NCBI GenBank assembly: GCA_964383575.1
Contig: CAYLHI010000001.1
Span: 18,442 to 82,441 of the forward strand
DNA length: 64,000 bases
Direction of reading: 5' to 3'
Source: an uncultured Pelolinea sp.
Lineage (GTDB): Bacteria; Chloroflexota; Anaerolineae; Anaerolineales; Anaerolineaceae
A model generated the notes under the pieces. The model had not been told where the DNA came from and did not search any database. It saw only the letters and a program-made list of their open reading frames with translations. Of the stretch, positions 1-8,719 are shown piece after piece (within the stretch, counting starts at the first letter, position 1; every line of letters starts with the position of its first letter). Both the position numbers and the translations under genes were made by a program.

Positions 1-132
1 CTTGACCATCAGGCTAAAACCGCGCTTTTCCATCGCCTGGAAGCGGGTGGAGAGTACTTCGCCGTTACGGACTTCGATCTCGACGCGCGCGTGACCTTCA
101 ATGCGGGATAAAGGAAATGTGAGAGTTGTCAT
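1..132 (-). CDS. [NiFe]-hydrogenase large subunit, N-terminal fragment (continues beyond the window)
   Basis: Reverse strand from the ATG at 132..130 reads MTTLTFPLSRIEGHARVEIEVRNGEVLSTRFQAMEKRGFSLMVK. The RIEGH signature is typical of NiFe large-subunit N-termini. The start overlaps the stop of the small-subunit gene (TGATG). Confidence 0.7.
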   Translation of the reverse strand, partial: MTTLTFPLSRIEGHARVEIEVRNGEVLSTRFQAMEKRGFSLMVK

Positions 133-1016
133 CAGAGCACCTTTTCCTTAGAGCGCGGCGGGCGGCCTGTGCCGGCATAATCAGAGAACTGGAATAAAAA
201 CAACGCCAGTTGGGGAGAGACCAGCGCTTCGCGAATCTCTTCCGGAGGAATATCCGTCAGCGCTGCAAACACACGCTGGATGCTTTCCAGCCAGGCCTTA
301 GAATCCTTCTCAATAAGCATATCAGAAGGCCCGCGGCAGCCCACACAGGGGTGGCCAGGGCGGGTGCAGAGAGCGCGGCATCCGCCCCGCGTAGAAGATC
401 CAATGCAGAGATAACCCTGGTTGATAAGGCAAATATCCGGGTCCACCTCCCCACGCTGGAAACCGGTCAGATGTTTGGGCTTCATATCTTTCAGTTTTTT
501 ACGCCCACATTCCTGGCAGACTGTTTTCGATGGCTTAAATTCTTTATCATCAAAGAGCGCCGCCATGAACAGTTCCGGAGTCGGCGGGCAGCCGGGTAGG
601 TAAAGGTCTACATCGACGAAAGCATCCACCGGCTGACTCTTAGGAAGGAGGCGCGGCAGATCACGACGCTCAGTCTGCGACATGAACAATTCACGCACCT
701 CATCGCGGTTGCCAAGGTTGGCTACACCGCCCGATATGGCGCAGGTGCCGACCGCGATTACCTTCTTGGAGAATCGCACTGCGCGCCTCAGGTTGTAGAG
801 ATCCTCATCGGAACGGACACCACCGGAAATAAGGAGCACATCTACGGGTGGAACCTCGTAGGCGCTTACGACCAGGGGCATGTACACAAGATCAAATTTT
901 TCAATCCATTCGTTAGCATTCAGCAGCGAGACCTCACAACCTGCACAGCCGGAGAGCTGCAGCACGGCAAATTGCGGCAAATCCTTATGATTCATTGAAG
1001 TTTTTGATTGCTGCAT
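132..1016 (-). CDS. [NiFe]-hydrogenase small subunit, group-3 (MvhG/VhuG/HydD-like)
   Basis: Contains 'LQLSGCAGCEVSLL', 'GTCAISGG' and 'LPGCPPTPE', plus a C-terminal Cys-rich FeS region 'CQECG...CIGSSTRGGCRALCTRPGHPCVGCRGP'. The ORF extends to 1109, but Met32 (ATG 1016..1014) has a GGGAGA RBS and is the likelier start. Confidence 0.8.
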   Translation of the reverse strand: MQQSKTSMNHKDLPQFAVLQLSGCAGCEVSLLNANEWIEKFDLVYMPLVVSAYEVPPVDVLLISGGVRSDEDLYNLRRAVRFSKKVIAVGTCAISGGVANLGNRDEVRELFMSQTERRDLPRLLPKSQPVDAFVDVDLYLPGCPPTPELFMAALFDDKEFKPSKTVCQECGRKKLKDMKPKHLTGFQRGEVDPDICLINQGYLCIGSSTRGGCRALCTRPGHPCVGCRGPSDMLIEKDSKAWLESIQRVFAALTDIPPEEIREALVSPQLALFLFQFSDYAGTGRPPRSKEKVL

Positions 1017-1170
1017 GATTGATTTTCTCCCAACTCCTATCCTTAGTATACATTGAACCATTCGCATGGCAATCGGTTGGCTGCCCAAGTTTTCTGTTAA
1101 TTCTGGCATAGGATTTGCAACTATAGAGATAAGTTCTGGTATTTAATCAGGCATGTATCAGGAGATACTT

Positions 1171-2763
1171 ATGCGCAATTTTATTTTGAAAACAACCGCT
1201 ATCCTGCTGGCAGCAGCTGCGCTGTTCGTGTGGTTCCGTACAGACGCCAGTGTACTGGCAGGCGCGAGCACGCTGGGGATGGATGACAGCAGCGGGTGGA
1301 TCACCGTGAACAGCCAGAACCCGGAGGTAATGGACACGCTGGAAGCAGCGCAGGTAAACATGCTGCAGGTCGCTCTGCCCTGGGACGCGGTTGAACTGTC
1401 GCCAGGCGCATACGCGTGGGCAGTTGACCAGGATGATGGATATACAGATTTCAACTTGTTATTCAACCGGCTGGTAAAACACGGTGTGAAGCCCGTGGTT
1501 GTCCTGAGCGGTGGACCAGTATATCTGATTAATTTATATCCCCAGCAGCCCGTTTACCGAGACCAACTGCTGGCAAGCTGGGAAAACTATGTCCGCGCGG
1601 CTGTGCAGCATTTCGGCAGCAATGTGGACCACTGGCAGATCGGCGGCGTGATCAACGACACGGCGCAGTGGGGCAGCGTGCTGTTCCCCGGCGCGGAATC
1701 CCCCAGCGCACCGCCTGACCCGGATCTATATGGAGAGATGCTGGAGATTGCGTACAACGTGATCAAATCCGCGCAGGCGAGTGATATGGTCCTGTTGGGC
1801 GAACTGGAATTCACGGGCGACTGCGCCTTTAACCCGATCAATTACCTGCAGGCGCTGAATGACCTGGATTTATGGTACGCGTTTGATGTGATCAGTTTGT
1901 CCCTGCCAGAATTGGACTCCGCCCCTGAAAACGCCGCGGTTGATTCCTGCGGGATCATACCGATTCAATTGAGCGGTATTCCGGGTGCAGACAGCCTGCG
2001 CGCCGCGGCAGATTTTGCAGAACTATCCGGTGATAAGCCGCTGTGGGTGCATGGTCTGCGCTTCTCAAATGATATGCTGGCGGCTGAAGCTGCCGCACGC
2101 GGAACCCTGGCAGAAGTAACCGCGTCTGATTATCTGGCACGCGCGAGCGGATTGTACCTTTCCTTCGGTAAAGCCGACCGGATATTCTGGTCCTTCGACC
2201 CTCTGAGCAATACGCCCGGCGTGATCGCGATGCAAACGTACGCTAATTTATCACACACACTGGGCAGCAGATATGAAGGCAGCAGCCTGCCATCCGGAAC
2301 TGACGCGTTTGCCCTGCGTTTCCGCGGCAACGGGAAGCTATCCCTGCTGGCCTGGTACACTCAGGGCGGTGAAGAAGCACTGCCGATGGTGATTGGCGGT
2401 GTAGATGGATATGACCTGCATGCCTTTTCAGCTGACAGCGCATCTCTAAAACATAAAGATGGCGTTGAATTACCAGTTGACGCAGGCGGGAGCACAGCGC
2501 TGCTGGTGAGCGAGCGCCCTGTGCTGATCAGCGGACATCCAAGCAATATCAAACAATCGGTCACGCAGACCGTGGAAGATAATACCGCTCAGGCCAGCGC
2601 GGGACTGCAGGCCAAACTGCAGAACTGGCTGCAGGCACAAAAAGCCAAAGCAGCAGTCAGCGTCGGTGATTGGGTTGCAGAACAGCAGGCCAGTTTATTA
2701 GATTCGTTACGCAGTAGTTTTGAACAGTGGCTGCGGAAGAGCCTGGGTCTCGCAAAGTTGTAA
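1171..2763 (+). CDS. secreted hypothetical protein (weak resemblance to TIM-barrel glycoside hydrolases)
   Basis: Long ORF. The second ATG (1171) follows a GGAGA RBS and yields signal-peptide-like MRNFILKTTAILLAAAALFVW. No catalytic motif that I can name with confidence. Confidence 0.5.
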   Translation: MRNFILKTTAILLAAAALFVWFRTDASVLAGASTLGMDDSSGWITVNSQNPEVMDTLEAAQVNMLQVALPWDAVELSPGAYAWAVDQDDGYTDFNLLFNRLVKHGVKPVVVLSGGPVYLINLYPQQPVYRDQLLASWENYVRAAVQHFGSNVDHWQIGGVINDTAQWGSVLFPGAESPSAPPDPDLYGEMLEIAYNVIKSAQASDMVLLGELEFTGDCAFNPINYLQALNDLDLWYAFDVISLSLPELDSAPENAAVDSCGIIPIQLSGIPGADSLRAAADFAELSGDKPLWVHGLRFSNDMLAAEAAARGTLAEVTASDYLARASGLYLSFGKADRIFWSFDPLSNTPGVIAMQTYANLSHTLGSRYEGSSLPSGTDAFALRFRGNGKLSLLAWYTQGGEEALPMVIGGVDGYDLHAFSADSASLKHKDGVELPVDAGGSTALLVSERPVLISGHPSNIKQSVTQTVEDNTAQASAGLQAKLQNWLQAQKAKAAVSVGDWVAEQQASLLDSLRSSFEQWLRKSLGLAKL

Positions 2764-2787
2764 AATATAATATAAGCGAGGTGAACC

Positions 2788-3831
2788 ATGAAAAAAACGA
2801 TCAGTAGAATAAATTTAATATTGGTGGTTTTATTGGCAGCAGCCGCCTGCCAACGGACCCCGGCTCTTCCCGCAAAAACAAGCGAACCGGTTCCAGAACA
2901 GGAATCAGCACCTGTCGTAATCGCATCGGAAAACGCGGCGACTCTTAAACAAGTTTATTCCGCATCAGTAAGCACCGGTTACATCAGCGCGAAATGGGCG
3001 GAGGACAGCACAGCAGTATGGATTATGGATTCCGAAAGCGCCGCTCTGTATGACAGTACGAGCGGTGAGAGAACCGCCCAATTCGCTCCGGGAGAGGACG
3101 TCGCCGTGTATGACGTGTCACCGGACGGGAAAACTGTGGCATATTCCCAGGATGGGTTAGAAATCCACTTATTTAATGTTTCCGCCCAGGCGGATATCCT
3201 GAGTATCGTACCTGATTTCCCCTTTTCAAACGCCTTTTTCAACACCGACGGCACCCTGCTCGGAACGGATTCGCTGGATGACATCAAGATCGTCCTGTGG
3301 GACACAGCCAGCGGCAAGGAAATGGGCAGTTTGCGCGGGTTTGGGACCGCGGCTCCCGTTTACAGCGCGATGTTTGGTATGGATGGAAAAACACTGCTGT
3401 GGTTCTCACGTGGGACCGTTCAGCCGATGGACATTGCCACGCAGGAAATGGGACCAACGCTTTCGCATGAGGATTTCGTAACCGCGAGGCAGATTTCCCC
3501 GGATGGAAAGGTTATCGCTACCACCGCGGCTGCCACGATCGGCGGAGAATTCCAACCGGTGCTGACGCTGTGGGACGCGGACAGCGGGGAAATCCTGCGG
3601 CAGAACACCATTCCGAGTTATTTCAGTTCAATCGCATTTTCTCCGGACAGCGGCCTGCTGGCAGCAGGCACGGAGAATGGGGTACTGATCTTCACCGTAC
3701 CCCGTGGCGACGAGGTCTTCCGTTTTGACAGCGCGGAAGTGGTCGCCAGCATCGCTTTCTCACCGGACGGGGTCAAGCTGATCACCTGCGGAGATGAAGG
3801 AACAATAAACATCTATGCAGTGAACGAATAA
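2788..3831 (+). CDS. lipoprotein with WD40/PD40-like beta-propeller repeats
   Basis: Lipobox 'LLAAAAC'. Repeated 'SPDGK/SPDS/SPDG' blades: VSPDGKTVAYS, ISPDGKVIAT, AFSPDSGLLAAG, AFSPDGVKLITCG. Confidence 0.7.
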   Translation: MKKTISRINLILVVLLAAAACQRTPALPAKTSEPVPEQESAPVVIASENAATLKQVYSASVSTGYISAKWAEDSTAVWIMDSESAALYDSTSGERTAQFAPGEDVAVYDVSPDGKTVAYSQDGLEIHLFNVSAQADILSIVPDFPFSNAFFNTDGTLLGTDSLDDIKIVLWDTASGKEMGSLRGFGTAAPVYSAMFGMDGKTLLWFSRGTVQPMDIATQEMGPTLSHEDFVTARQISPDGKVIATTAAATIGGEFQPVLTLWDADSGEILRQNTIPSYFSSIAFSPDSGLLAAGTENGVLIFTVPRGDEVFRFDSAEVVASIAFSPDGVKLITCGDEGTINIYAVNE

Positions 3832-3850
3832 ACTATCTGCATATCATATT

Positions 3851-3879
3851 AAACGCGCTCCGGTTGGAGCGCGTTTTTT
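3851..3879. terminator. bidirectional rho-independent terminator between convergent genes
   Basis: AAACGCGCTCC-GGTT-GGAGCGCGTTT is a perfect 11-bp stem, flanked by A-run/T-run. It abuts the polB stop codon (3878..3880). Confidence 0.7.
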
Positions 3880-6160
3880 ATTGACAACACGGTTCAGGAT
3901 ACAGCGCAGGATCAAGATGAATGACCGGGGGCGGACGACGGCGGCGCCATGTGCGCAGGGGCAGCCTGAGCTGGCAGCCAAGGTCAGCGCGCACCCAGAT
4001 AAGGAGCGCTTCCTCATCCAGCCCAAAAGGCTGGAGCAGATTAGCGGCGGCGCGGAGGATAAGTTCCTGGTAGTGGTCTACATCGACAGCAGCCGGATCG
4101 GGGGGATAGGGCAGGTCCCAGGCGTGCACGCCGGCTCCGCCGCGGATAAAGATAAGGCGCACGCGCTGCCCAGGGTAGACGGACTTACCTGCCGCCTGGA
4201 GCTGCATAACAGCCCGCGCGCCGGGAGAAGGCACCCGATAGCCAGCGAGCTGCTTGCTGAGCTTCTTGCCGACAAGTAAATCCTCAAGGGGCACACGACC
4301 GGTGCGCAGAGCATGCAGCCGGCGGCGGAGGATATCCACCGCTTCAGGCACCTGCCGCTGGAGATCAGCTGGGCTTTGGGCGCGCGCCAGGCAGCGCAGC
4401 ATCTCACACTGAGCATCAGCCACAAAAGGCGCCGCGTCGCGCCGGCGCAGATCAATGCCGCGCGCTTTAACGCTGCCATCCTGAAAAACGCCAAAGTAAC
4501 GGTTGGGCACCGGCAGGCGGTCATCCACGCGCGAGGGGAGAAAAACCACCCAGCGGTAAACGCCGTCCAGCGAGATGGGCAGGGAGGTGCGGGCGGCAAT
4601 CTCTTCCAGGAGAGGCTGAAAGTCATCAGGTTCACGGCAGCCGTCCTTCTGCACCCATAAGCCATCCACGTACATATGCAATACGCGGAAACCCATTTCT
4701 TCAGCGGCTTCCTTGGCGCGCAGGAGCGCCTCGCGCCCCCAGGTGGTAACGGCCTCATGGGCTTCTATGCGCCCGAAGCGGGCGTTCTTGTAGCCGAGAT
4801 AGCCGAAACAGGTCACCAGAAGCCATTTATGGGCTGATGAGCGCGCTTTATCCTTGCGCCGGCGCGGATCCCACTTCGGCAGGCTGAGGGCGCGCTGTTT
4901 GAGCGCGATACGCTTTTCAAGGAGGGGTTTAAGGGTGAGTGGCACCAGTCCGGGGGGATGGTCAGAACTGCCCAGGCGGTCGGGGAAGGGCGTCTCCGGA
5001 GAGATGTTGCTGCGCACCATGATAGAAGGATACATGGAGACAAAATCAATCATCCCGACATCAAAATGCAGTCCAGTGATAGGCTGGTAAACAAGCCCAC
5101 CCTGGTCGAAACGGATCAGGTCGAGGGCGGTCTTGGGGCGCTCAACCTGCTGTTTACGCCAGGGGACAAGGATATCGTTCCGCAGAGCGGTGGTAATCTG
5201 CATAGAAGAAATGCCCGTACCGGGCGACACGCGCGCGGCAATCTGAATGGGGAGAGCAGTGACACGCGCGGATTCGAGCGCGCCTTCCAGATCATAGCTC
5301 TGCCACATCATCGCATTGCGGCAGTCAATATGGCAGCGCCCGTAGAGGAGGATCTGCTGACCGCGGTAGATAATCTGCCCGTAGGAAAAGTAGGTACCCG
5401 CTTTCTTGTGCAGCACACCGCGCCCCACTTCGCGATTGAGGGGGAGGGGCAGGTTGTGCTTTTTAGCAAGCGACAGCAGGAGCGGGAGGAGCCAGGTGTC
5501 GCCGCTGACAGTCAGCAGGAGATCAGGGTCAACCCGCCGCAGCAGGGCGCGCAGGTTGATCAGCAGGGGGCGCTCCGGCTGGAGGGAGAAGCGGTATTTA
5601 TGCCCATCGTGGCGGGCGATGAGTACCTTGGGCTGGGCATGGGCCGGATCGCAGTCCGGTTTGAGAGCAAGCACACGCAGGGGCGCGCCGAGGGGATCCA
5701 GATCCCAGGGGGAATCCAGCACACGCAGTTCCCGCACGGTACCCTCATCGTCCGCGCTGATATAGCAGCGTGCCAGGGGAAAGGTACCCCAACGGGCAGC
5801 GTGGCGCAGGGTGATATTCAGATCAGCATCATAATAATCCAGCCCAGGAAAGCGGCGAGCAATCCGCTTAAAGAGGCGCGGCTGACAGATGGGAGCACTC
5901 ATTTCCACTGCCAGCAGAGTGAGGGGCTGATCATGGAACAGATCACGCCGTTGAGCGCGGTAGAGGCGCAGTTTCTCAGGCTGTGCCCGCAGGAAGCTCT
6001 GCAGAGCACGCAGCTGCTCAGGGTCACCCGCCGCATAGAACGTAACCGGAAAATCCTGCCGCAGGCGGCAGCGCTCCCCGTCATCGCCGATCAGCCAGAG
6101 AACAACGCCCTCACGGTCATCTTCGTAAAGGTCGAGCAGCCAGCCAACACGGTCAGGCAT
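3878..6160 (-). CDS. family-B DNA polymerase, exonuclease motifs degenerate (760 aa)
   Basis: Motif A 'IDFVSMYPSI'; motif-B-like 'KWLLVTCFGYLGY'; motif-C position 'VLHMYVDGLWV'; thumb 'VKARGIDLRRRD'. Start taken at MPDRVGWLLDLYEDD (ATG 6160..6158), overlapping the upstream ORF stop by 8 nt. The 925-aa ORF in the track is an out-of-context extension. Confidence 0.85.
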   Translation of the reverse strand: MPDRVGWLLDLYEDDREGVVLWLIGDDGERCRLRQDFPVTFYAAGDPEQLRALQSFLRAQPEKLRLYRAQRRDLFHDQPLTLLAVEMSAPICQPRLFKRIARRFPGLDYYDADLNITLRHAARWGTFPLARCYISADDEGTVRELRVLDSPWDLDPLGAPLRVLALKPDCDPAHAQPKVLIARHDGHKYRFSLQPERPLLINLRALLRRVDPDLLLTVSGDTWLLPLLLSLAKKHNLPLPLNREVGRGVLHKKAGTYFSYGQIIYRGQQILLYGRCHIDCRNAMMWQSYDLEGALESARVTALPIQIAARVSPGTGISSMQITTALRNDILVPWRKQQVERPKTALDLIRFDQGGLVYQPITGLHFDVGMIDFVSMYPSIMVRSNISPETPFPDRLGSSDHPPGLVPLTLKPLLEKRIALKQRALSLPKWDPRRRKDKARSSAHKWLLVTCFGYLGYKNARFGRIEAHEAVTTWGREALLRAKEAAEEMGFRVLHMYVDGLWVQKDGCREPDDFQPLLEEIAARTSLPISLDGVYRWVVFLPSRVDDRLPVPNRYFGVFQDGSVKARGIDLRRRDAAPFVADAQCEMLRCLARAQSPADLQRQVPEAVDILRRRLHALRTGRVPLEDLLVGKKLSKQLAGYRVPSPGARAVMQLQAAGKSVYPGQRVRLIFIRGGAGVHAWDLPYPPDPAAVDVDHYQELILRAAANLLQPFGLDEEALLIWVRADLGCQLRLPLRTWRRRRPPPVIHLDPALYPEPCCQ

Positions 6161-6419
6161 CCAGGTCTCCGGTAAGCTCGGCCATCTGCTGGCGCAGGCG
6201 CAGGATCTCCTTATGCTGTTCAAGCAGCATGGAGAGTAGAAAAGTCTCCATGGGGAGGGCGTGGGCGGCATAAGCAGCCGCGGAGAGATGCTGGCGGGCA
6301 GAGGCAAACAAATCATCAAGGGCAAGCTGGTCACCCCGGCGCAGGGCACGGCGGAAGCGAGAAAAGGCCTCCTGCTCCTGAATGAAAGCCTGGGTAATAG
6401 AAGGCAAAGTGCGCCCCAT
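6153..6419 (-). CDS. small helical protein of unknown function (88 aa), middle gene of the polB cassette
   Basis: ORF sits 3 nt after the upstream stop and overlaps the polB start by 8 nt. Its composition looks helical. No motif recognised. Confidence 0.55.
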   Translation of the reverse strand: MGRTLPSITQAFIQEQEAFSRFRRALRRGDQLALDDLFASARQHLSAAAYAAHALPMETFLLSMLLEQHKEILRLRQQMAELTGDLDA

Positions 6420-6422
6420 GAA

Positions 6423-6968
6423 TCAGGCCTCCTCTTCCCACAGTGCCGGCATTTTAGGGGCAGGCAGCGCTTCCAGCTGCCAGGAACCGCCGGCAGCCGC
6501 CTGGAGGGCATCCGCCAGCACTCCTTTTTCCGCACACAACAGGGCTGGCAGCTTAGCACTGACCACCACGGGGGCAAACTGGCTGAGGCGCTTGAGGTGG
6601 AGGATGCAGCCCGCCAGCAGGCGCTGGCTTTCGGCAAGCCGGACATTATCATCATAGAACGCTGCCAACAGGTCGATCACCAGAGTAGGCAGACCATCAG
6701 CGGGGGTTTCCGCCAGCAGTGCCGCCATCTGGCAGCAGGTAAAAGCGCGGGAGAGATGAATGCGCGCAAGCGCGCCGGCCAGGTCAGACGTGCAACGCCG
6801 GACAGCGCGCGCCACCGGGTAGACATTAAAGCGGTTGCCGCCATCCAGCACGCGCAGTTCGCCAGCAGCCGACAGCCGTGCAGAAAGCTCAAGCATGAAC
6901 GCGCTGGCAGCGTGCGGGGCGGTGAGCACCAGCAAACGGTTGGATAAAGGGAAGGTCAATGCGTCCAT
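6423..6968 (-). CDS. SulA/ImuA-like RecA-fold protein lacking a P-loop (181 aa)
   Basis: RecA/KaiC-like layout. The Walker-A position reads 'LVLTAPHAASAF' (no GxxxxGK[ST]) and there is a Walker-B-like 'LPTLVIDLLAAFYDD'. 'IHLSRAFTCCQMAALLAE...LVIDLLA' parallels E. coli SulA 'MQISQLSPCHTVESMVRA...VVIGWLA' (recalled from memory). Confidence 0.55.
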   Translation of the reverse strand: MDALTFPLSNRLLVLTAPHAASAFMLELSARLSAAGELRVLDGGNRFNVYPVARAVRRCTSDLAGALARIHLSRAFTCCQMAALLAETPADGLPTLVIDLLAAFYDDNVRLAESQRLLAGCILHLKRLSQFAPVVVSAKLPALLCAEKGVLADALQAAAGGSWQLEALPAPKMPALWEEEA

Positions 6969-6994
6969 ACCCTAATATTAGAACATTTATTCTA
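6969..6994 (-). promoter_or_regulatory. candidate LexA (SOS) box within a leaderless-type promoter of the polB cassette
   Basis: Minus strand reads TAGAATAAATGTTCTA-ATAT-TAGGGT-ATG. The 16-bp box (6979..6994) is one mismatch from the palindrome TAGAAC-N4-GTTCTA. The -10-like TAATAT (6980..6975) lies 6 nt before the ATG. The -35 is weak (ATGATG). Confidence 0.5.
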
Positions 6995-7146
6995 TTTCAT
7001 CATCCCCCACGCGCATCTGAAGTGTTTAAAAGAGGGGTGAAAAGCAGGTGAGCCAGATTTTGGGGTGCTGGATAGTGCTATCGGCAGCGGCCAGCGGATG
7101 CTTCCAACTTAGAAGTGAATTCAGAAATAATTAAATCGCGAATTTA

Positions 7147-8349
7147 TTATTCACCTAATTCTTGTGTGGTCTCATTAAATGTTGCACAAGGCTGGTTGCC
7201 GCAAGCAAGGTACTCCAATCTTTTTTGCACATCTTGTACTAAATGACCAGGCTCTACCCACAATCCGAATTCCGCTCCGGTGGCTTGATTGATCTTGTCT
7301 GGCTGCGCGATGTTGATAGTTACAAAATTAGAAATAATCACCAGAGATAATAATAAACCCAGCACCCATTTCTTATCAGAAAAAGCGATACCGATCAAGA
7401 TCATCCAGAAAGGAATTGTTGGTATCAAATACGCGGGTTCCGTTGGCAGCCGAAAATAAAATAATTCCATGCCTACGATTAACCCAATGGATAAAATACT
7501 AATCTGAAACACCTTGTTATTAATCTTTAACTTGCCTAAAATGCCTAATCGAACTAATCCCCACATGAGGATTAAAAAAGCCGGAGGGCTCCAAAAATAG
7601 ATGCTCTTATATATAAACCGACCTGTCCTTAGATATAAACTCCAAAATTCTTCCCCGCCAATAGAAGGGAAGAAAATATGTGTTTTCCATTCGGCAAAAG
7701 TGATCGGCGGTAAATAAAAAATTAAAGACAAAATTAGCATAATCGCACCAGACAGGAAAATGCGCCTTCTATTTTGCACCTCAAACATAAAAGCCCACAG
7801 CAGCACCAAACCTGCTACTAAAGCTGTTGTCAGCCGGCTGCCAACACCCATTGCCATGCTTATACCAGCGGTAACAAATTTTCCTTCCAAGAGCATCCAG
7901 AACCCTATCATTGTAAAACCCAGTGCAAACAAGTAATCCATGGTGCAGGTGGAATTGACCAGATAATAGGGATGCACCATCATGATAACAGCTAAAAATC
8001 GATAATTAGGCACATCGTATCGCTTACATATATATATAAATATTGCTAAAATCAGCAACGACATGCACAAACTGCCAAAATTGGTCAGAAAACTGCCGCC
8101 GATAATATTTAAGAAAAAAGTGATGGTTTCATAAACAAAGAATCCAGGCACGCGGGAGGGAACATAATCAAGTGTCTCGATAAAATTTTCACCTACCCAT
8201 AACACGTTATAAGAATCATAATCGCTGCCATAGCCGAGAAAAATGAAAGGAAAATAAATAAAAAAAGCTAAGAGCAAGATGTGTAAATCTTTAGATTGTT
8301 TTATGGATTTAATTGCTTTTTTGATTTGCAAACAGACCACCTTATCCAA
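7147..8349 (-). CDS. polytopic membrane protein, possible GT-C (ArnT/PMT-like) glycosyltransferase
   Basis: 400 aa with more than 10 hydrophobic segments, strongly AT-rich. Family assignment rests on overall architecture only. Confidence 0.4.
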   Translation of the reverse strand: MDKVVCLQIKKAIKSIKQSKDLHILLLAFFIYFPFIFLGYGSDYDSYNVLWVGENFIETLDYVPSRVPGFFVYETITFFLNIIGGSFLTNFGSLCMSLLILAIFIYICKRYDVPNYRFLAVIMMVHPYYLVNSTCTMDYLFALGFTMIGFWMLLEGKFVTAGISMAMGVGSRLTTALVAGLVLLWAFMFEVQNRRRIFLSGAIMLILSLIFYLPPITFAEWKTHIFFPSIGGEEFWSLYLRTGRFIYKSIYFWSPPAFLILMWGLVRLGILGKLKINNKVFQISILSIGLIVGMELFYFRLPTEPAYLIPTIPFWMILIGIAFSDKKWVLGLLLSLVIISNFVTINIAQPDKINQATGAEFGLWVEPGHLVQDVQKRLEYLACGNQPCATFNETTQELGE

Positions 8350-8691
8350 GAATAATTATTAGTTATGCAGTTATGTGACCGCCAAATGATTACGCAACAA
8401 TTTTTTTGTAAAATTGATCACAAATCCTTCCAATTTATTCTATCATTTGTCAGCCAGTCTCCATTCTCAAAAATAATATGCCGTATTCCCATTCCTCAAT
8501 AACCTCCATCAAATTAGCTTTAATCCACCGCAAGCATTGCTGCTCATTTGCTAAATTTAAAAAAATACATGGATGAGCAAAATAATTTGGGGGACTTGCT
8601 AATTTAGCAACCATTTCTTTTACCTTCGAGAGTAGTTTGAATTGTCAGGAAACACAGCAGGGATTTTCCAATTTTTTTTCCAGAATACCCC

Positions 8692-8719
8692 TTGACAAAA
8701 TTGATAAAACTTATAAAAT
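8692..8719 (+). promoter_or_regulatory. sigma-70-type promoter of the dtxR-feoA-feoB operon
   Basis: TTGACA (8692..8697), a 16-nt spacer, then TAAAAT (8714..8719), about 50 nt upstream of the ATG at 8770. Confidence 0.5.

Noticed and set aside
4958-6175. 405-aa plus-strand ORF antisense to polB (also 4078..4758, 5406..5765 and 6261..6947)
   Set aside because: These are shadow ORFs typical of high-GC coding DNA. They have no recognisable motifs and are fully contained in genes with clear family signatures.
6161-6655. N-terminal 165-aa extension of the 925-aa ORF given in the track for the polB gene
   Set aside because: It overlaps two better-supported ORFs in other frames. Its product is Ala/Arg/Pro/Ser/Cys/Trp-rich, as expected for an off-frame read of GC-rich DNA. 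The PolB-like sequence begins at MPDRVGWLLDLYEDD (ATG 6160).
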